A DNA stretch of 64,000 bases from Pachysolen tannophilus NRRL Y-2460 (lineage: Eukaryota), in contig KV454016.1 in the NCBI GenBank assembly GCA_001661245.1, forward strand, positions 433,381 to 497,380, written 5' to 3'. Numbering within the stretch: the first letter of the stretch is position 1; each line of letters begins with the position of its first letter. The notes under the pieces are model-generated. The model was not told where the DNA came from. It worked only from the letters and a program-made list of their open reading frames with translations, and made no database searches. A program made the translations under genes and the position numbers. Positions 32,564 through 43,846 of this stretch are shown in pieces.

Positions 32564-33161
32564 GAAGCAGGAGTCAGCCGATAAGGTGAGACCTCTTTCT
32601 TATCCAGATAAACCAATTTCTCCTCGTTTCCCGATATTGGTGAGACCTACTGCTATAATATCTGGTTTTGGTAGAGGATCCTCAGAATTAGGAATACCAA
32701 CGGCCAATGTTGAATCAAATGAAGTCTTGAATAGTTTGGAGACTGGTGTTTACTTTGGGTATTGTAAGCTCTTTAAACCTGAGGGTAAGAACCATTCCGA
32801 GATTATTGAATCCAAACTGATCAATGATAGAACTAGGAAAATTGAATTCAATTATGGCCTAGATTTGCCATCAAATGAATTAAATCAAGTTTACCTGATG
32901 TCGATGTCATTAGGTTATAACCCATTTTACGGGAATTTGATTGAAAAAGCTGTGGAGATCCATATTATCCATGATTTTAAAGGTAAATCATTTTATGGTT
33001 GTAATATCTCATTTGTGATCTTGGGATACTTAAGACCGGAATTGAATTTTAGCAGTTTACAAGTTTTAATCGATGAAATCAATAAGGACGTAGAAATAAC
33101 AAAACAGTTATGCTCTAAAGAAGGATACCTCAGTTATAAACACTTGTTTGATGATATATAG
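32564..33161 (+). CDS. FMN1: Riboflavin kinase, lacking its ATG in this orientation
   Basis: IISGFGRGSSELGIPTANV, ETGVYFGY, MSLGYNPFYGN, EIHIIHDF...FYG, LGYLRPELNF. Confidence 0.92.
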
Positions 33162-33351
33162 TAGTAGTAGTTGTTGCTGTTTTTGTTGTTGTTATCGTTG
33201 TTGATGTTGTTGATGTTGTTGATGTTGTTGTCTTCTTATCTCTTTTAAGTATAAAATGACTGCTTTTTTTTTTCTTCTTCTTTAATAGAAACTTGCTTTC
33301 AAAAATATATTTTTAGTTAATTTGCCATTTTGATATTATATTCCATTATAG

Positions 33352-35523
33352 ATGTTCAATATCAAGATAGCATCACTAGTGACGCGAGTGTTGGTTTTGG
33401 TATCCGGTGTGAGTCTGAGTGGGTTAACTATTGATGATGATGTTGAGAACGACGTTTGCAAATTGCCAATACCTTTTAAAGATGAGTACTGTCAGTATAT
33501 TGTAGATAATTGCAATTTACGTATTTTCAATTATTCTAAACTTTACTATTGTTCATCATATGATCATGGAATGATATTATTGATGTTATTTTCATTATTG
33601 ATTGTCTTTTTCATAACTTTGGGTATAATAACTTCAAATTTCTTATCACCAAATTTAGCACTGATATCATCGATTTTACAATTAAATGAGAGAATAGCTG
33701 GATTAACATTATTATCCTTGGGAAATGGTGCTCCAGATATTTTTAGTACTTATCAGGCCATGTCATCCAATTCAACTTCTTTAGCAATTGGAGAGTTGAT
33801 TGGAAGTTGTAATTTTGTCACATGCTTCATTGTTGGGTTGATGGGTATAACCAATCCATTTAAAGTACATGGACTGGAATTTTTAAAAGATTTGATCTTC
33901 TTTATGTTACTTTTACTCATGAGTTTTACTTTTTTACAAGATGGGAAATTAACATTACTTGAATGTGGATTCATGTGTTGGGTTTATATTTGCTATATTG
34001 TATTTCTTGTGGTTTACAATCTTAAAAAAAATGCAGAATTACAATTATATGATGATGAAGAACAATCTATTAGAAATTCACCTCAGAATCCAACAATGAG
34101 ATTATATTCTCCTTCAAGTAATAATGTGGATGAATCAAATAATCTAGAATTGATTGGAAAATTGAATCGATACTTGAAATTTGGTAATCTTCCAAGACTT
34201 TCAGTTTTTGATTCTTTAAAATTCTTGAATATGGAACAAGAATCTAACAACATTACCGATGCAGATTTTGGAGAGAATGTTTTAAACAATAATGATGCCA
34301 ACATTGCTTATGATGGCAATGATGGCGATGATGGCAACAATAACACTCAAGACCATGAGGAGCTTCATCAAGAGTCTTCTACTAAAAATAATAATCTATT
34401 AGCCCTGCCTAAAGCTACAAATCCAGCTTTAAGCAGGATAACTGAGCAATTGCTATTATCTAGAAGCACCAGCTACAATTCCATTCAAAACACGATTGAT
34501 GACCTTGAAACTGATGGAAGATCACCTGTTTCGCCAATTTCGCACATTTCTGTGCCCCATATGGCGGTATACACTCAAACAAATGATGAAGGCAATGATG
34601 ATATTTCATCAATTAACAAGGAAGGACAAATATGTTATTCTCTTGGAGATTATTTATTTCCTGAGTTGAATTCTTTCAAATCAAAAAAATTGTATGAGAT
34701 AATTCTTGCATTAGTCAGTACTCCTATAATATTTCTCTTGAGTTTGTTTATGCCAGTTTATCATGAACCAGAAGAAATGAATTTACATGAAAAATCATTG
34801 AAGAAAAAAGAATTTGAATTGAAATTAAAACTATTGAATTTGAATTTAACTCTATTACCATTTTTAATCAATGATTTTTCAATTTTACAGAGCTTGATCA
34901 CTGATTTCACTATAAGTGAATCAGACCGAAAAATTTTGACTTCATCACTAATAATACTGTCACTCAATTTAATTGGATATTTTATTTTCAAAAATTTTGA
35001 AATTTATCATCGTATTTATAAGCATGTATTACCAATATTAGGGTTTATATCATCATTATTTTTTATAACTATTATGACTTCGCAAATCATTAAAATTTTG
35101 AAAAATTTGGGTCTTGTTTTTGAAATTAACGAATCCTTATTAGGACTTACTGTTCTTTCGTTGGGAAACTCGATAGGTGATTTGATCTCTAACTTGACTT
35201 TGTGCAGTTTAGGTTTCCAACTAACATGTCTTAATGCATGCTTTGGTTCTCCGTTGATGTATATGTTATTAGGAGTTGGTTTGAATGGACTCATAATCAT
35301 AACATCGAATTATTATCAAGGTGATCATGATAATTTGTTTATAGAATTTGAGGTCAATGATAATCTCAATGTCAGTGCCATTGGATTGTTAGTTATATTA
35401 GTTTTTTATATTATTGTCATTCCATTTAATAATTGGAATTTTGGAAGAAAAATAGGAATGGTTGGTGTTTCTTGGTGGGTTTTAATTACTTTAGTCAATA
35501 TTGGAATGGAAGGGTATACTTAG
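33352..35523 (+). CDS. Ca2+/cation exchanger (CCX family; YDL206W/Ecm27-like)
   Basis: alpha-1 repeat AGLTLLSLGNGAPDIFSTYQAM and alpha-2 repeat LGLTVLSLGNSIGDLISN...ACFGSPL; many hydrophobic segments. Confidence 0.88.
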   Translation: MFNIKIASLVTRVLVLVSGVSLSGLTIDDDVENDVCKLPIPFKDEYCQYIVDNCNLRIFNYSKLYYCSSYDHGMILLMLFSLLIVFFITLGIITSNFLSPNLALISSILQLNERIAGLTLLSLGNGAPDIFSTYQAMSSNSTSLAIGELIGSCNFVTCFIVGLMGITNPFKVHGLEFLKDLIFFMLLLLMSFTFLQDGKLTLLECGFMCWVYICYIVFLVVYNLKKNAELQLYDDEEQSIRNSPQNPTMRLYSPSSNNVDESNNLELIGKLNRYLKFGNLPRLSVFDSLKFLNMEQESNNITDADFGENVLNNNDANIAYDGNDGDDGNNNTQDHEELHQESSTKNNNLLALPKATNPALSRITEQLLLSRSTSYNSIQNTIDDLETDGRSPVSPISHISVPHMAVYTQTNDEGNDDISSINKEGQICYSLGDYLFPELNSFKSKKLYEIILALVSTPIIFLLSLFMPVYHEPEEMNLHEKSLKKKEFELKLKLLNLNLTLLPFLINDFSILQSLITDFTISESDRKILTSSLIILSLNLIGYFIFKNFEIYHRIYKHVLPILGFISSLFFITIMTSQIIKILKNLGLVFEINESLLGLTVLSLGNSIGDLISNLTLCSLGFQLTCLNACFGSPLMYMLLGVGLNGLIIITSNYYQGDHDNLFIEFEVNDNLNVSAIGLLVILVFYIIVIPFNNWNFGRKIGMVGVSWWVLITLVNIGMEGYT

Positions 35524-35671
35524 TTTTGTTCAAAATGGGGATTATTACAGTGTCGACGGTTTTTATATATAATAATGATACATTAAAAGTGAGAAATTAA
35601 AAACATTTGGTAGTTATATATATATTTATATATTTATTTATTTTGAAATAAATTGGCTTATATTTTTGTAA

Positions 35672-37294
35672 TCAAAAATTCAACAATAAGTCATCTAAAT
35701 CCGATTGATCTTGAACTAGAAATAATTCCTTGAATCTTAAAAGTTTCTGCTTATCAGTATGATTCTCTAATTTATCAAATCCAAGTTTCCAAATGCGTTT
35801 TAATTCAGTGAGATTACCATTAGCAGCATTGTCATTTTCATTAAATCTTAAAAATTCCAAATAACTCTTCCAAAAAAAATAACTAGTTTTTTTGGATTCA
35901 TATTTTTGAAAGATTTTTAAAATTTTTTCATTTCGTATAAATTTAAATTCTATTAATTCATCAAATAATATATCAAACTTATATTCAAATTTGGAATCTA
36001 ATAAAGAATCTATTTTGAAAGTTATTAGATCTATTATATAATCTTCCAAGTCTTGTTTTTCTTTATTATCAAATGCCAATTTTTCAATAATTAACAATTT
36101 TGAAAAAACTTCCAAATTATTGGGGAAAATCTTGTAAATTTCCAAAATATTCGATCTTGCTGTAGGTAAATCATCAGTTAAAAGTTCTAAGTCTATTAAT
36201 TTTAATCTTACTTTTAAGCATGTAAATGGTAATACATGAAGTGATTTTTTCAAAACTTCTTTTGATTTTGAAAGTTGATTTCTGTTAAGGTAATAATTGC
36301 TATATTTGATCCAAAATTTTTCCATAGAGCTTCCTGTTATATATAAACATCTTTCATATGTTAATTCAATAAAATTTTCATTCAATTTTTTCAAAACTGT
36401 ATCCTTTGAATTTTTCATTAATAAATTGTTTGTTTCTAAAAATTGTAAATATCTTTCCCAATTATCAGTTTCCAGCTTACCTAGATCCCTATCTATCACG
36501 CAGAAAGTTGTCTTTATGTTTTTCTCAAACTGGTATAGCTGATATGAATGATATTGAGTTGTTATATATAAATCGATGTACCATTTTTTCAATTTCACTT
36601 TAATATCAGGCAAAATAGAATTATCAAGTTTTTTCAGATTTACACCTAATTTTTTAAAATCTTTTGAATTAAGAATGAATTGTAATTTTTTCAAATCAAG
36701 ATTTTCAATTGTTTCAAACCATTTTTTAAAATATTTCCCATAATGATATAACGGTATTTCCAATATTTTTCTTAATAATATATAATATTCTCTTTCATAA
36801 TGATTTTTTAATAAAAAATTTAAATAAAAATCATAAAAATCATGACTCAAATAATGCAATCCAATTTTCAACCTACAACGCTCAAGAAACTTGACAAGTT
36901 TTGAATCATCACTTTCAACAAGTTTAACAATATTTAAATAGTTCAACCAAATAATAATGGAATTTGGTAAAAAATTTAAAGCTTTTTCCATCATCTCAAT
37001 AGCTAAAGGGAAATCGTCTAATTTAACTAACCAGTAACTATAATCACACCAATATTTCTCCATGTAAGGAAATTTATTCAAGAAATTTTCATATATAGTC
37101 TTGAAAAGTTTTATATCCTGAGAAGAAGAAATCTTAGAGATACCACCATTTAAACTTTCTGTCTTTTGTATTAAATTCTCCCATTGAGAAAAGTTATCTG
37201 GTGACTTCAAAAGTATATCCTTGGCCAACAGTAACCATTCCGAGTCTATATCAGATAGATCCTTCTCCGAGAACCCATTTCCAATCGATGACAT
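35672..37294 (-). CDS. PRP42: U1 snRNP HAT-repeat protein, Prp42 (Prp39 paralogue)
   Basis: PDNFSQWENLI, YENFLNKFPYMEKYWCDY, IGLHYLSHDFYDFYL, LRKILEIPLYHYGKYF; near FMN1 as YDR235W/YDR236C. Confidence 0.75.
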   Translation of the reverse strand: MSSIGNGFSEKDLSDIDSEWLLLAKDILLKSPDNFSQWENLIQKTESLNGGISKISSSQDIKLFKTIYENFLNKFPYMEKYWCDYSYWLVKLDDFPLAIEMMEKALNFLPNSIIIWLNYLNIVKLVESDDSKLVKFLERCRLKIGLHYLSHDFYDFYLNFLLKNHYEREYYILLRKILEIPLYHYGKYFKKWFETIENLDLKKLQFILNSKDFKKLGVNLKKLDNSILPDIKVKLKKWYIDLYITTQYHSYQLYQFEKNIKTTFCVIDRDLGKLETDNWERYLQFLETNNLLMKNSKDTVLKKLNENFIELTYERCLYITGSSMEKFWIKYSNYYLNRNQLSKSKEVLKKSLHVLPFTCLKVRLKLIDLELLTDDLPTARSNILEIYKIFPNNLEVFSKLLIIEKLAFDNKEKQDLEDYIIDLITFKIDSLLDSKFEYKFDILFDELIEFKFIRNEKILKIFQKYESKKTSYFFWKSYLEFLRFNENDNAANGNLTELKRIWKLGFDKLENHTDKQKLLRFKELFLVQDQSDLDDLLLNF

Positions 37295-37732
37295 TTAAAA
37301 AACTCCAACCATATATATATATATTATATATATATATATATAAAACTATTTATATAATTACATCCACATCAATTCAGGTTCTATTATTGATACTTTCTTT
37401 TCAACCAGTTAACAAAAACGGAGAAGATTTTAAAAAAGAGGAGAAAATTAAATTCTCCTTGCCGGAAACTAAAAGGAGAATATTTTAAAAATCGGAGAAA
37501 TAAATCTTCTCCGACTTTTGCTACTATATTTTTAATCATTAAAATTATCATCATTATTATAATTAGTTTATACTCCAAAAATTAAAAAAAAAAGCTTTAA
37601 AGAGTTGAAAAAAAAAAAACTATACACAAATCATTAAATAAAACGTTGATATTAACTTCATGTCTCTAAAATCTCTATTACCTACTCATCTGAACATCCT
37701 TTGAAAAAAAAAAATTTTTTTTTTTTTTCTCA

Positions 37733-39541
37733 TTAAAAGTATTGACTATTGTTATTATTATTATTATTGTTGTTGTTGTTATTATTGATATTGTTATCTA
37801 CATCAACGTAGTTCGAATTAGTAACGTAACTGTTGATGTAGTTGTTATTCAAATCATTGACGTAGTTTGAATACAAATTGTAGCAAAAGCCAAAGTTCTT
37901 GTCATTTTCCGTTGGTGTTTTCACCTCTGTAGCTGCCCCATAATTCCTGATATCTTTACCAACTAAATATAAATCAGACGATGAAGGAACGGTTGAAGGT
38001 GGAGTAACATATTTTGTATTCTGATTTGTAACTGTTGTAAAGTTACCGATGTTTGGATTACTACTTGAATAAATTGGAGTCGGTTCTAATGAATCAATTG
38101 ATGAAGATGAAGAAGAGTAAAGAACCGCAGTGGACTCTGTAGCTATAGCTGATTCTGAAGCAGCGGCTGCAGCAGAAGCGGCGGCTGCCAGTGGACAAGT
38201 TCTCAATTTCGTAGCACCAGCTTCATCATCTGGATTTAACAAATCTTTAATATCAACGTGACCGATTGGAACAGTGACAACATTGACTTCTGGCTCTGCT
38301 TGGCCTCTTTCTTGAGAACTTCTCCGGGATTTCGAAACGTGATCAAATGGCACAGAACAGTTGTTATAATTGTGTTCATATGGACATATTGAAGATATAA
38401 AGTTCCAATTGCGTTGAGCATTAACTGTTTCGGCGTCTGTGACTCTTGTCGTTGCCGTAGTGGCTGTAGTCGCTGTGGCCGTGGCCATAGCAGCGACAAT
38501 GGCGCAATTTTGAGCTAATGGTCCGGAATTAGCTAGTTGTGGGCAATCTATGATATCCTTACGGAATTCAAATAAAGAATGTCTTCTAAAAGGATCAAGT
38601 GTTAAATATTTTTGTGATAATAATTGATAAATATGTTCAGAAATTGGTAAGATTTTCATCAATACTTCATTATTTTCTGTATACAGTTTAAAAGTATTAT
38701 CTGACAGTGAAGCTTTTAACCATGGGTTTCTAATAGAGATTAAATTAATTAAGATTATTGATAAGGACCAAATATCACCAGTGATAGTTGGGATTTTCTT
38801 ATTATAATAGTAATTAGATAATCTTTCTGGAGCCATATAATATGATGAACCACAACAGATATTATTTTCAATATATTCTTCTTCAATAGCCAATCCAAAA
38901 TCTGCTATAATTACTTTAGTACCATTTCTATCAACAAGTATATTTTCTGGTTTTAAATCACAATGAAAGATTTTATTTGAATGACAATAATTTAATGCAT
39001 CAATTAATTGTATAAAAACTGATTTTATCAAAATTGGATCATTACTATACCTTTTTTTATCAACTATTGTAGTAAATAAATCACCTTCTTTATAATAATC
39101 CATAACTATAAATATACAATCTGGATTATCATAAACTTTATAAATTGAAAGTATATTTGGATGTTTATGTACTTTTAATTGTAAAGCAATTTCTTTTAAT
39201 ACTTTACATTTGTTGCCATATTGAGAAATAAGATCCAAATTTAACATATTACAACTAATGTTATTATTAATAGATTTTCTTAATAACTTGTTTTCCATTT
39301 CTAAAAGTAATCGCTTACTAGTGGATTTGTCACCACCGTTACCATTGCCATTAGCGCCATTACCATTACCATTATTATTATTACTATTATTATTACTCAC
39401 TGATCTTTTAAGAATAGCTTTAATTGCATATTCCTTACCAGTAACAACATGTCTCGCTAAATACACAATCCCATATGAGCCTGAACCTATCTTGGATATA
39501 ATCCTATATTTGTTACTTATTATTATATTTTCCAAAGTCAT
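37733..39541 (-). CDS. Ran1/Pat1-family Ser/Thr kinase (Sks1/Vhs1-like)
   Basis: IGSGSYGIVY, EIALQLKVHKHPNI, FHCDLKPENIL, ADFGLA, CGSSYYMAPE, GDIWSLSIILINL...RNPWLKA. Confidence 0.88.
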   Translation of the reverse strand: MTLENIIISNKYRIISKIGSGSYGIVYLARHVVTGKEYAIKAILKRSVSNNNSNNNNGNGNGANGNGNGGDKSTSKRLLLEMENKLLRKSINNNISCNMLNLDLISQYGNKCKVLKEIALQLKVHKHPNILSIYKVYDNPDCIFIVMDYYKEGDLFTTIVDKKRYSNDPILIKSVFIQLIDALNYCHSNKIFHCDLKPENILVDRNGTKVIIADFGLAIEEEYIENNICCGSSYYMAPERLSNYYYNKKIPTITGDIWSLSIILINLISIRNPWLKASLSDNTFKLYTENNEVLMKILPISEHIYQLLSQKYLTLDPFRRHSLFEFRKDIIDCPQLANSGPLAQNCAIVAAMATATATTATTATTRVTDAETVNAQRNWNFISSICPYEHNYNNCSVPFDHVSKSRRSSQERGQAEPEVNVVTVPIGHVDIKDLLNPDDEAGATKLRTCPLAAAASAAAAASESAIATESTAVLYSSSSSSIDSLEPTPIYSSSNPNIGNFTTVTNQNTKYVTPPSTVPSSSDLYLVGKDIRNYGAATEVKTPTENDKNFGFCYNLYSNYVNDLNNNYINSYVTNSNYVDVDNNINNNNNNNNNNNNNSQYF

Positions 39542-40827
39542 TTTTTTAATAATATCACTATTACTATTACTATTACTACTAAAACAAAAGACTTTCTTTA
39601 TCTTTTATTAATATTGATATTAATCTTGATATTTTAAATTATTTTTTTTTTAATATATATATCTTTTAAAATTTACAAAGAGAAACTAAAGAGTATTTAA
39701 ATTCTCTACAATATATTCAATTCATCATATTACAGATAAAAAAGGACAAAAAAAAGAAAAAGAAAAAAAAAAAGAAATCAACCTCTTTCTGTACTCATAC
39801 ATACATGGTAAGATGTTTTAAGAATTTTTATTATTATTATTATTAAGATTTTAAACTAAGGTAAGATGATAATTTTTCCCAATTTTTTATTTTTCTTTGT
39901 TTTTAATTTTTTTTTTTTTAGAGTGGAGTGATAGAAGAATCAAAAGCTGAGCTCACTCGGATTAATCCCAATCAAACTGTTCATGTTGCCCGTAAAAAGT
40001 TTCTAAATTATGCGTATATAAAGCGTCTGCTCACTACTATATTTCCCAATTAAGCAAACTATTTATGCAATGCCCTTTTTCGAAAAAATGATCCAATTTT
40101 AATCATCGGAACAACAATTTTTCATTATTATTAGTTATTGTTAGAATTAATTACGTTACGTTATTTGCATTGTTGCGTTGTTTTTCGTTTTACAATTTTT
40201 TTTTTAGTGTTTGTTATTTATTGCTACAGCGTATAATAACGTATATAGCCTACAACGTATAAAATTATGGAATGAGGAGATGAGAATAACAAACAAACAA
40301 ACAAACAAAAAAAAAGTTTACTTTTTGATATTACTTGTAAAATGGGGATAAGGTATATATATTAAAAGAGGGGATTGTAAAATATAGTACTACTGTAGTT
40401 TATTGTTGCATTGTTTTGTTGTATTGTCAGCTCGTATAAAAAAATTTAAGTTGGTTAGAATTAGAAGTTATTAATCGTACCGGAATTCGCGAAAACATAA
40501 TCTAGACCAAATGCACCGTTGACTCACTCACTCACCCACTCATGCACTCGCTGTTTGCGCGAGTGTGGGCGCGGGTGTGAGCGCGGGAGTTAGGCGCTTT
40601 GGGTAGGACAGTAACAGTAATAGTAACAGTAACAGGTAACAGCCCTTGTTCTTTTGCTAAACAATACTAACTGTTTTGATATTGGTTGTATTCCCCTCAC
40701 GAATTGTTTCAGATGTAACGAAGGGCAAAGGTCCAAAAGTTGATTATGATAAAGGTTCAACCTTCCATTAACTATTGTTTTGCTGTTTGCTATTTGTTTG
40801 CTTTTTTTTTCTTTTTTCTTTTTTTCT

Positions 40828-43293
40828 TTATTTCTTGATCTCCTCTCCTATTAAAGTGGAAGGTGTGCTTTCTCTTGTGCGACTATCTTCAGATTGTGCG
40901 TATAATTTTCTACTTCTCCCCGCCCCAGTGTCGGTAGCTGCAGCTGCTGCTGCATTAGCATTAGCAGTATCAGCGGTAGTAGTAGTAGTAGTAGTAGTAG
41001 GAGTAGTAGCGGTCCCACCAAGGTCCACCACCCCAACAATTTGAAAATCGCTATTATCTATTGTTCTGGATTTTGGATTTTTCAATTTTAATTTCTTCTT
41101 TTCGTATCGTATTTGTTGCTGTCGTTCATAATTTAATTCTTTTTCTGTAATTATTTTTAATAAATCATCTTTGCTCAGAATTAAATCAGTCATAAGTTGA
41201 TTGGCAAAATTGATGTCACCTTTGATTAGCTGATCATTTTCATTTTTAATATAAGCTATATGCGGTCGTAAAATTAAATGCATAAAGGGAATGTATCCTA
41301 TTTTGCCCTCTAAGTTTAATAACATTTCCCTTTCTTTACCTAAAGTTGAAATATCGTTTATAATAGCATATAGACTAGATAAACTCACTCTTGATAAATC
41401 ATTGCTAATCCTAGTAATTATTAATTTTCTTCTTCTTAATTCATCTTGTTCTTTGTATAATTGTTTTAATGATTCATATGAAATACTTGGTATGATAGAA
41501 TCAGGTAATTCTAATAACCATATTTTCAAAATTTGAATCAATTCTTTTTCATCAAGTTCAATTTTTGTCATATATTTTTTTTTCATAAATTCTAATGATT
41601 CAAAATTTAAACAATTGAGCCATAATTCTTTATCTTTAATTCGTGATAACGTATCATATAGAAAAAATGGTAATGATTTTTCATGAACTTCAACTTTGGC
41701 AAATTCTGATTTCTTTCTATAAGTAGATAAATCAGATCCAAATAATGGTGGGAAATCTTCATCGAAATTTGTTATTTCTCTTTCAGTAGCTCCTAAAATT
41801 TTAATTCTTGAATAAATTGAATTATATAATGGATTCACTGAATAAATCCCTCCATTTGTATTATTTTTGATAACAACTTGTGTCAATTCTTTTAAATGAT
41901 TCTCTAAATTATCTTGATTATCAACAAGTTGATTCATATCTTGTAATATTTTTAAATTTGTCAAATGATCTTGTTGTAAAATTTTAGTCAATTTGTTAAA
42001 AACATTGTATATGAATTCAACTCTACTATATTCTTTTTCTTCAATTTCTTTGTTAATTTGGAAAATATTTGTTTCCAAGTTTGATCTTAATTCACTCCAT
42101 TCAATATATAAATCTTTTGCCCTTTCAGATAATAATTTTTCATTTTCCTCCAAAGATTGAATATTGTTTCGATTAGAAGTTGGAATATAAGTTGATAAAG
42201 ATGATAAAAATTTAGGCAGCAGCTGTAAATCTTCTTCTAATTTCTCAATTTTTACACCTTGGGGATCAAAATTCATAATAAATTTATATAAATCAGTATA
42301 TTCAAACCATAAAGATTCATCATCACTTTTAAATTTACCAAATTTTTTAGTCAAGTTACCTATTTGTAAAAATTTGTAATCTAATAATGATTGACCAATT
42401 TTCTCAATTTGAAACCTACTCAATGCTTGATTTTCTTTATTAATACATCCATTAACAGAACCAAAATTAATTTTTCTACTAGGAATGATATTTTTCAATA
42501 ACCAATTTTTAAAATCTACAACATTAAACGTTTCAACACTAGTTGTTACAAATGGGAACTTGCTGATAGTTTTAGGTAACGTGGAATACATGTGATTCAA
42601 AAACCCACATAATTGGTAATGATCGTTAAAAGTTAAAGTACCATCACCTAAAATCAATGGAAATTCAATTGGATAACCCTCTGTAGATTTGAAATTATCC
42701 AAACTTGTAGTACTAAATTTTGAAGTAATGAAATTAACAGAATTAAAAACAGATGAACCAGAAGGTGTCCTGCTTCTCTGCAAATTTATACTTTGAGAAT
42801 TGGGCACAGAACCTATCTTGAATTCATGCAATTTATTAAGATTACTGATATACTGTTGCTCTAATTTTTTCAACTCTTTTGATTTTAAATTATATGCATC
42901 TAAATTACCTAATAATTTTTGCTTACAATCATCAATAAAATTCTTGTATGATTCAATGAATTGATTTAAAGGTACTATTAACTTGATTTGTAATATTTTA
43001 GTTAAAACTAACTTTGAATCAAAATGATCTTGTAATTTACCCAAAATTGAATTAAACAAGGAATTTAAATCTTCTTCAAATAAATTTTTCTCAGAATTTT
43101 TAATAATCAAATCATGACCATTATCATAACTCCTAGTAACACAATTTTTTTCAAGCATTTTCAAAAAATTATTTTGGAAAAAAATTAAACTTGAATAATT
43201 ATGATCCAATAATGAGATGCTATTCTTAATACCCAATTCATAATTCAATGACCAACATCTATTACTTAAATGGATGGCTATATCATCCACCAT
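40828..43293 (-). CDS. Divergent F-BAR/DEP/RhoGAP protein (Rgd2/Rgd3-like)
   Basis: N-terminal CWSLNYELGI (F-BAR start), DEP-like EKIGQSLLDYKFL, LFGSDL and LKIWLLELPDSIIPS RhoGAP signature. Confidence 0.65.
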   Translation of the reverse strand: MVDDIAIHLSNRCWSLNYELGIKNSISLLDHNYSSLIFFQNNFLKMLEKNCVTRSYDNGHDLIIKNSEKNLFEEDLNSLFNSILGKLQDHFDSKLVLTKILQIKLIVPLNQFIESYKNFIDDCKQKLLGNLDAYNLKSKELKKLEQQYISNLNKLHEFKIGSVPNSQSINLQRSRTPSGSSVFNSVNFITSKFSTTSLDNFKSTEGYPIEFPLILGDGTLTFNDHYQLCGFLNHMYSTLPKTISKFPFVTTSVETFNVVDFKNWLLKNIIPSRKINFGSVNGCINKENQALSRFQIEKIGQSLLDYKFLQIGNLTKKFGKFKSDDESLWFEYTDLYKFIMNFDPQGVKIEKLEEDLQLLPKFLSSLSTYIPTSNRNNIQSLEENEKLLSERAKDLYIEWSELRSNLETNIFQINKEIEEKEYSRVEFIYNVFNKLTKILQQDHLTNLKILQDMNQLVDNQDNLENHLKELTQVVIKNNTNGGIYSVNPLYNSIYSRIKILGATEREITNFDEDFPPLFGSDLSTYRKKSEFAKVEVHEKSLPFFLYDTLSRIKDKELWLNCLNFESLEFMKKKYMTKIELDEKELIQILKIWLLELPDSIIPSISYESLKQLYKEQDELRRRKLIITRISNDLSRVSLSSLYAIINDISTLGKEREMLLNLEGKIGYIPFMHLILRPHIAYIKNENDQLIKGDINFANQLMTDLILSKDDLLKIITEKELNYERQQQIRYEKKKLKLKNPKSRTIDNSDFQIVGVVDLGGTATTPTTTTTTTTADTANANAAAAAATDTGAGRSRKLYAQSEDSRTRESTPSTLIGEEIKK

Positions 43294-43846
43294 TTTTCAC
43301 TGTTTCATAGAAGTTTTCAAAACATATATAAAAAATTTACCAAAACAAAAATGATAAATACAATTTATCTACTTACTGGTGGTACAAAACATGACGGTAT
43401 TAAATAAAAATCAATAGTACCTTTTATAAAGAAAGATAAAGACACTAAACTTGATGAAGTATTAAATGCATGTTTCTCGAAAATGCACACGACTGTACAA
43501 TATGTCCGAACCCTACAAAATACTAGTCAAACTAGTCAAAACCAATTGATATTAATGATATTAATAATATGTTGAACATTATATATATATGTTTTATATA
43601 AGTGTTTTTTTGATTTTTTTATTTTGTTGCCTTTCAATGTATGGAAATGTTAAGTGAAAGTAAACGTTAACAAAAATTAATTTTGAAGAGGCAAAATAGT
43701 AATAAAAAAAAAAAAAAAAAAAATTAAATGAAAAAAATGGTTATGTTGAATCCTGAATCCTAATCCTGATATATGAATTACAAAAAAAAAAATTTCCGGC
43801 TTAAATTTATGTTATGTACAAGAGCATAAAATGCGCATTAAAGAAC

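Noticed and set aside
32069..33161. Programmed frameshift or readthrough fusing ORF 32069-32584 to FMN1
   Set aside because: One inversion explains both junctions and supplies the missing FMN1 ATG; a frameshift would leave the GLE1 C-terminus unexplained.
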